A DNA stretch of 64,000 nucleotides, taken from sequence record NC_048792.1. One strand, given 5' to 3'. Numbering within the stretch: the stretch's first letter is position 1; every line of letters starts with the position of its first letter. The notes under the pieces were generated by a model, which saw nothing but the letters and a program-made list of their open reading frames with translations, was not told the DNA's origin and made no database searches. Positions 58,592-64,000 of the stretch are shown piece after piece. The translations under genes and the position numbers were made by a program.

Positions 58592-58648
58592 TGACATTAC
58601 GCGTCATAATAAGCATTTAAGCCTTAGTTAAACATTTGGAGAGTAGAA

Positions 58649-59584
58649 ATGTTCAAACGAACCTACGATACTACCGCAGGAAGTATCCACTACCAGAACA
58701 CTTTACCAGGTCGTCTGCTGGTAGCAAAAGCAGAACAAACCCTGACTGCAGATCTGATCCCTGGTATCCCTGACCTTTACTGTCTGGTAGAGAAGTCTGC
58801 TCGTACCGACATGATCCCGACTTTCTTCCACTTGATGAAAGTTTCAGCTTCCGCTAATGAAGCGCCGTTCTACGTTATCGACCTGCGTCCTTATCGTAGC
58901 CAACTTCGTGACGGTGGCAATGGTCGCCCTATCCTGTCTAACGAAGGTACTGTTGGTCACTTCACTCGCCGTGCTCTGCTGGAAATGCACTGGGACAAAT
59001 TCGGCGGTCGTCCTCTGCTGTTCGCTGGGGATGTTCCGGTAGTTATCTTCGCACGTTGGATCGGCGGTCTGCTTCGTAGTCGTTTCAATCTGAACGAAGA
59101 AAGCTCTCCGCGCGTTCAGGTGTTTGCAGCTTACTACTACATGTGCCTGCACTTTAATAAGGAAGACTTCACTGCTGATTCGAACAAAATGCTGGCCGTT
59201 CGTATCTCACGTGCTCTTCGTCTCCCTGTACAGAAAGTCATTGACTGGGTAGCGCCGCTTCCTTATTTAGCTAACCTGGACGACTTCTGCAATATCGCCC
59301 TGGTTAAGAACAGCGGTACTGTAGCGCTGAGCGGTATTGACCGTCGTGTTCTCTGGGCCATGACCGGTACTGGCTGGTTCGGCTCCGCTGATACTAAAGA
59401 AGTATTGGCTGTCTCTCTGGAGTTCCCTCCAGCGTTTGTTTCCATGGTTTATACCGGGACTACCGATCGCCTGGCTCGTAAAGCTGCTCTCAGTCAACTG
59501 ATTGAGAAGGAAGGCCGCACCCTGGGTGCGCAGGCTTACTGTCAGCGGATCGATGGTCTGATTCGTGAATTGAAAATCGTTTGA
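58649..59584 (+). CDS. virion structural protein (phiKZ gp28-like by synteny)
   Basis: Divergent from the sheath, as in the phiKZ gp26-30 block. Confidence 0.7.
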   Translation: MFKRTYDTTAGSIHYQNTLPGRLLVAKAEQTLTADLIPGIPDLYCLVEKSARTDMIPTFFHLMKVSASANEAPFYVIDLRPYRSQLRDGGNGRPILSNEGTVGHFTRRALLEMHWDKFGGRPLLFAGDVPVVIFARWIGGLLRSRFNLNEESSPRVQVFAAYYYMCLHFNKEDFTADSNKMLAVRISRALRLPVQKVIDWVAPLPYLANLDDFCNIALVKNSGTVALSGIDRRVLWAMTGTGWFGSADTKEVLAVSLEFPPAFVSMVYTGTTDRLARKAALSQLIEKEGRTLGAQAYCQRIDGLIRELKIV

Positions 59585-59600
59585 TGCTAAGGTGCGCGAC

Positions 59601-62159
59601 ATGAATAGTCTTACAGCTAGTTATTTACTCGATCATGCGCGCACTAACCTTTGGTGCGCACCATTCCAAGACCGACAGGTCATCTTAGACCTGACCCGTA
59701 TCAGCCGAGATGGCGGTGCTTTGCAATCTATCCTTGTTCAATGGACAGATATTCCACTGCCTACTAAGGATGAGTTCTACCACGTTTACCAGATCGGTAA
59801 CAACAGTAGCTGGCGTACTAACTTGCCTGACCAACGAAACATTTGGTTCCAGATGAGTGCATGGTCTGCTACGGGTAATCTCATTACTGACCTCTACCTG
59901 AACAACGGGGAAAGAATCCCTACCTTCAGCAGTTACGTCCTTCGTACCAAGAATGACAACTTGATTGTCGCAGTGAAGCTGTATAAGTCTCGCTGGAATC
60001 TGGACGAAGACAATCTCTACCTCCGCATTTACAACAACGCCTTCTTCTCCTCTAAACGCTCAGCAACGATCGAAACGAAAGTTGCCTACGGCGGTGGTGA
60101 ATACAAAAACCCTAATGATGGGAAAACGTGGCGTGACGAAATTCGTGCATGGCGTAAGAAACGCGGCATCGTGAACGTATTCGTCAATGGGGTATGGGTA
60201 GACGATTTAAATCTCTCTGCGATGGTTACAGGCGATTTGGTCGAATGGGTTTATGACAGTGCTGTCTCCCGTATCGTTGACTTTAAGTTGACGTCGTTAC
60301 CGGACTTCACTTCTACCTTAGATAAAACGAAAAAGTATTTGCTCCACCCCAGTAAGAACTCTCATGAGGAAATGATCTACTATCGTGACGATGTGGACGT
60401 TTACCTTTATGCCAAGAGTGGTGATGGCAACGACAAGTTGATTGGTCGTTATTACCAGCGTAACCGAGAAGACTCGATGCGCATGGTCACTCACGCCGAC
60501 TACTCGATCCCAACGGGTTACATCTACAACTACGTCGTTGATGGGTGGACTAACCGTGACAACTTCTACATCCGTTTACATCTGCGTGACAGCGGATTTA
60601 AGCGTCCTCTCATTAATGAGGTCAACCGTATCCAAACTCTGTATCGTTTAGACGATATGGATATTCTTCGCGCTATGCTGGGCATTGATGCGACGATCAA
60701 GGAATGGAAGGTTGAGAATCTGGAAGAGTCCATGTACACCGCTATCATGCGTGACCAGTACGCAACCTTCACTGCAGAAGACGTAGTGAACGCTTACGGG
60801 TATAACGCATTGGCTAAGCTGTTTGCTGACACCCCAGTAGACAGTAACCCGGATAGTAATGGTGACTGGGCGCAAGTGCCATTCGGGATTCAACAAGGCG
60901 GGACATTCTTCGAGTACACCAAAGATGGTAAACTCTTAGGGTGGAGTTTTGACGGGTTCAGTGATCGCTTCTTTACCAAGTTCGAAGGGACTGGAATGGT
61001 AGAGATGCTCATGGGTCACGGTAGAAAGGATATCAACTGGAATCCTTCTAACGATGATTTCCAGATGGGCGACAAGTACCAGTATTACTTCTTCGTAAGT
61101 CCAGTCAAGAACGGGGTTATTACCGGAGCATGGCGGCCTGCAGAGGAAGGTAAGGACTACATGGTTAGTCCTAATGGACTGGTTACCTGGATCCACGTAA
61201 AAGCGCGTAACATGGGTTTGGTGCTCTCTAACGAGTACTTCCTCTGTTACACCCAGGATGTTAATCCGTCCGATGGCATCATGCGGTTCTCCATCACCCA
61301 CTCTAATCAGCTAGGTACCGTACTTCCTATCCAACCTGAAGTTCTCGATATCTTCCAAGGGAGTTACTCGCTTATTGAAGGTTTGGACTATATCGTAGAG
61401 TGGCCGGTAGTTACGGTCATCACTCCGCGTTACAACGTGCCGGGTGATGTGCAGCGGTTTACCATTCGCGGTATGGGCTGGGAGACTCCGACTGTTAAAC
61501 GTCGCAAGCCAGATGATGCAGGGTTCGCTTACCAAGGAATCTTGAGCCTCAACGGTCGCTTCGATGTACGTGACGATAAAGTCATGCGTTGTGTTGTTGA
61601 TGGCAAGCTCGGGATCGCAAGTGAATTGCCATTTGCTGAGAACTACGGTAAGCCGGGAATTATTACTGTCCCTAATGGTACGGCGTATTCAGAAATGACC
61701 ATGTACGTTCCGCTGTTCGGTTTGTCCACTAAACAGAATGAGATCCTCATGCTGCGTGGTGAAGAAAGCGATAAGCGTTTGAGCGATTACATGACGCTGA
61801 AGTACCCGGAAGTAGTGGTAGAAGGCCCGAACCCGATTGAGGAACATTATCGTCTCTTCAGTCCGTTGATCACCCGCCTCTACTATGAAATCAACTTGGG
61901 AACATTGACTCCTCCGTCCAATCCGAAAGATCGTGTAACGCTCTCTAACGTGATCAATGATTATCTCGATTACTTGAACATCGACCCTTGTCGTTTCGAT
62001 TTGAACGAGAACTATCTACGGATTGATTGTCACCCGTTTGACGATATGCTTCCTATCGATAAAGCAACTTGGCTGTTCTTCGAGCAGGTTAACCAAGTGT
62101 ACCTTCGTGGGAAACTCAAGTTAAATAGCTTCTTCATCATCAAGGACAAAACTGTATGA
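59601..62159 (+). CDS. large virion structural protein (phiKZ gp27-like by synteny)
   Basis: About 850 aa; YLLDHA..NLWCAP.QD N-terminus. Confidence 0.7.
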   Translation: MNSLTASYLLDHARTNLWCAPFQDRQVILDLTRISRDGGALQSILVQWTDIPLPTKDEFYHVYQIGNNSSWRTNLPDQRNIWFQMSAWSATGNLITDLYLNNGERIPTFSSYVLRTKNDNLIVAVKLYKSRWNLDEDNLYLRIYNNAFFSSKRSATIETKVAYGGGEYKNPNDGKTWRDEIRAWRKKRGIVNVFVNGVWVDDLNLSAMVTGDLVEWVYDSAVSRIVDFKLTSLPDFTSTLDKTKKYLLHPSKNSHEEMIYYRDDVDVYLYAKSGDGNDKLIGRYYQRNREDSMRMVTHADYSIPTGYIYNYVVDGWTNRDNFYIRLHLRDSGFKRPLINEVNRIQTLYRLDDMDILRAMLGIDATIKEWKVENLEESMYTAIMRDQYATFTAEDVVNAYGYNALAKLFADTPVDSNPDSNGDWAQVPFGIQQGGTFFEYTKDGKLLGWSFDGFSDRFFTKFEGTGMVEMLMGHGRKDINWNPSNDDFQMGDKYQYYFFVSPVKNGVITGAWRPAEEGKDYMVSPNGLVTWIHVKARNMGLVLSNEYFLCYTQDVNPSDGIMRFSITHSNQLGTVLPIQPEVLDIFQGSYSLIEGLDYIVEWPVVTVITPRYNVPGDVQRFTIRGMGWETPTVKRRKPDDAGFAYQGILSLNGRFDVRDDKVMRCVVDGKLGIASELPFAENYGKPGIITVPNGTAYSEMTMYVPLFGLSTKQNEILMLRGEESDKRLSDYMTLKYPEVVVEGPNPIEEHYRLFSPLITRLYYEINLGTLTPPSNPKDRVTLSNVINDYLDYLNIDPCRFDLNENYLRIDCHPFDDMLPIDKATWLFFEQVNQVYLRGKLKLNSFFIIKDKTV

Positions 62160-63877
62160 CTGTCTTGAAAACGACTGGCGGTTTGCCTTACGTTACAGGA
62201 CTTACGGATACCACACCGGGCGATGTCCCGGTTTGGAACCCCAAGGCCCTGTGGCAGTATCGGCACATCAGTGAAATTTATAGGGGTCGTGAAAATATTG
62301 GCCAGGGTAATATCGGTCGTTATGTCCCTAATAAAGGCGATAAAGTATTTGACCCAGAAACGGGCGATTACCTGGTATCCGAAGTTGATCAATCAACTCT
62401 GCTCTCTACGTTGATCTCTTATACGCCGCCGACCACCGAAGGTTCCAATCTTCCTGATAAACTCCTCGGTGTTGGCCCGCGTTATCCGCAGGCTGGTTAC
62501 TTTGTCTACGTTGACAGTACCGTTAACCCGCCACGGATGAGTTTCGACTCCATGCTTCACTACTACTCTAAGAGTGCGATTAAAGTTCGCGTCTATGCTG
62601 GGGAAGATATTACTTCTAACCCAGAGGTATTGTCTGCATGGTACGATCAGTCCGGTGTTTATCGTGGTGACACGATTGACCTGGTTAAGGTAAACGATAT
62701 TGCCGGTAATGCCGACTACAAGGTTCCTCTGGAAGCCTGGTCTAAACGACCAATCAAACAGGGTGAATCTGTCATGGTTGTCTGCTACAGTGCGGAAGGT
62801 ATCCCTACTTCTAAAGTAGTGATGCGCGCCATCGACTCCGGTATCATCCGTCAGAACAACACTGCACAGCGCGAGATCCACTCTATTGAGTTGGTATCTA
62901 GTTACCTGTCACCTACCGATAAGACTCGTCTCCTGATTCCTTCTCAGGCTCTGATGGATTCTATCGATCTGGGTTGCCGGGTTACTTACAGCGACGGTAC
63001 TGTGTCTCCACTGAAACCGATTGATGACTCTAAGATTCGTCTGTCTGGTTTCCGTGAGTACGTGTCTACTGAAGTTGGTCGTGAGAACCCACTGACGTTG
63101 TTCTATCAGCTGGACAGTACCGAGAGTTATTCCGGTACCAACACTTCGGCTAATGGCGTGGTTGCTGTTCGTTACACGATCGAAACAGTTGCTGTCCGTA
63201 ACGCATTTGCCGTTAAGCTGTTCATGTATCCTTACTGGGTAGATGATAACAACGGCTACCGTCTGCGCTTCTGGCTGCACTCCTTGGATCGTCTGTCGAT
63301 GTACGACGTGACTAACTTGATCGAAATCTCTCCGAGCTCAGCTACCTGGGATCCGAAAGGTTACGGGATTAAACAACACATGCAGTTCGACTTGGACTTG
63401 TCTCGTGTTGATCCTAGCTATCAAGCGTATCGTCACACTCAACGTAACGACATCTCTCTGGTTCGCGACGGTGTTACCGATGATGGTACTGCCTGGTTCG
63501 TTAACTTCGAGAATGGTGACGAGGACTACGGCGGTGGTTTGGAATGTCGTCTGAAGTTCGTGAGTTCTCAGAACTGGAGCGTCGATATCGCTGCTCAGGC
63601 TAAAACCCTGGAAGAGTGGCTGGATCGTGTTTACTACCGTACTCACCCTCTGTACGATAGCAACAACGAACTGGCACCTCCGGCTCCGACTCACTTCGTA
63701 CTGGTTGTTGACGGGATGCGTGTACGTCGTCCGATCTCTGATTGGAACCAACCGTTCACTGTTCCTACCGGTGGTAAAGTTGGTGATCTGGCAGCAGTTC
63801 ACTGGATCAAAGAAGTCGACGATGTCGATTTGCAGTTGGGTACTAGCGGCTTCATTATCCGCCAGAACATCCCATAA
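62156..63877 (+). CDS. virion structural protein (phiKZ gp26-like by synteny)
   Basis: 573 aa; EIY.G...GRYVPN.GD.V.D N-terminus; hairpin follows. Confidence 0.7.
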   Translation: MTVLKTTGGLPYVTGLTDTTPGDVPVWNPKALWQYRHISEIYRGRENIGQGNIGRYVPNKGDKVFDPETGDYLVSEVDQSTLLSTLISYTPPTTEGSNLPDKLLGVGPRYPQAGYFVYVDSTVNPPRMSFDSMLHYYSKSAIKVRVYAGEDITSNPEVLSAWYDQSGVYRGDTIDLVKVNDIAGNADYKVPLEAWSKRPIKQGESVMVVCYSAEGIPTSKVVMRAIDSGIIRQNNTAQREIHSIELVSSYLSPTDKTRLLIPSQALMDSIDLGCRVTYSDGTVSPLKPIDDSKIRLSGFREYVSTEVGRENPLTLFYQLDSTESYSGTNTSANGVVAVRYTIETVAVRNAFAVKLFMYPYWVDDNNGYRLRFWLHSLDRLSMYDVTNLIEISPSSATWDPKGYGIKQHMQFDLDLSRVDPSYQAYRHTQRNDISLVRDGVTDDGTAWFVNFENGDEDYGGGLECRLKFVSSQNWSVDIAAQAKTLEEWLDRVYYRTHPLYDSNNELAPPAPTHFVLVVDGMRVRRPISDWNQPFTVPTGGKVGDLAAVHWIKEVDDVDLQLGTSGFIIRQNIP

Positions 63878-64000
63878 TCGATTATAGACCGAGAGGGGAC
63901 CTTAGGGTTCCCTCTCTCTATTTTGTCTTATTGTGAGGCCCTATAGAGGCTACTAGCCTATTAACTGAGTCTTCTGGCTCGGTATTAACTATTAAAGCCA

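Overview
This 64 kb window looks like part of a lytic phiKZ-related jumbo myophage (Chimalliviridae-like), probably infecting an enterobacterium. The taxonomy rests on recognising families from memory, not on a search. Most of the window is a dense + strand array of small early/middle genes. Recognisable among them are nucleotide-metabolism and DNA enzymes (thyA, folA, tdk, phoH, NAD+ ligase ligA, HD, DHH/DHHA1 and HAD phosphohydrolases) and a modular endolysin. Late virion genes lie on the - strand (internal head protein, tailspike-like fibre, tail tube, tail sheath) or diverge from the sheath (three large structural proteins). Six copies of a phiKZ-type early promoter (CTATATYAC-N4-WTGA) and three copies of a variant (GTCTATATAACC) are present. 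The strongest observations not explained by routine annotation are: (1) six diverged secreted paralogues, five sharing C-x15-Y-x4-[YF]-x-C; (2) an exact 39-bp promoter duplication 20 kb apart, in front of two paralogous hydrophobic proteins (EHKExxGC), each followed by envelope-targeted genes; (3) a free-standing 89-aa peptide ending like the redox-active C-terminal tail of class Ia ribonucleotide reductase alpha; (4) a 38-aa acidic peptide in its own early transcription unit; (5) a BCS1-like membrane AAA+ ATPase, an ART-fold protein, an Ntn-hydrolase pair and several head-protease-fold paralogues. I saw no tRNA, CRISPR array, intron, intein or integrase.
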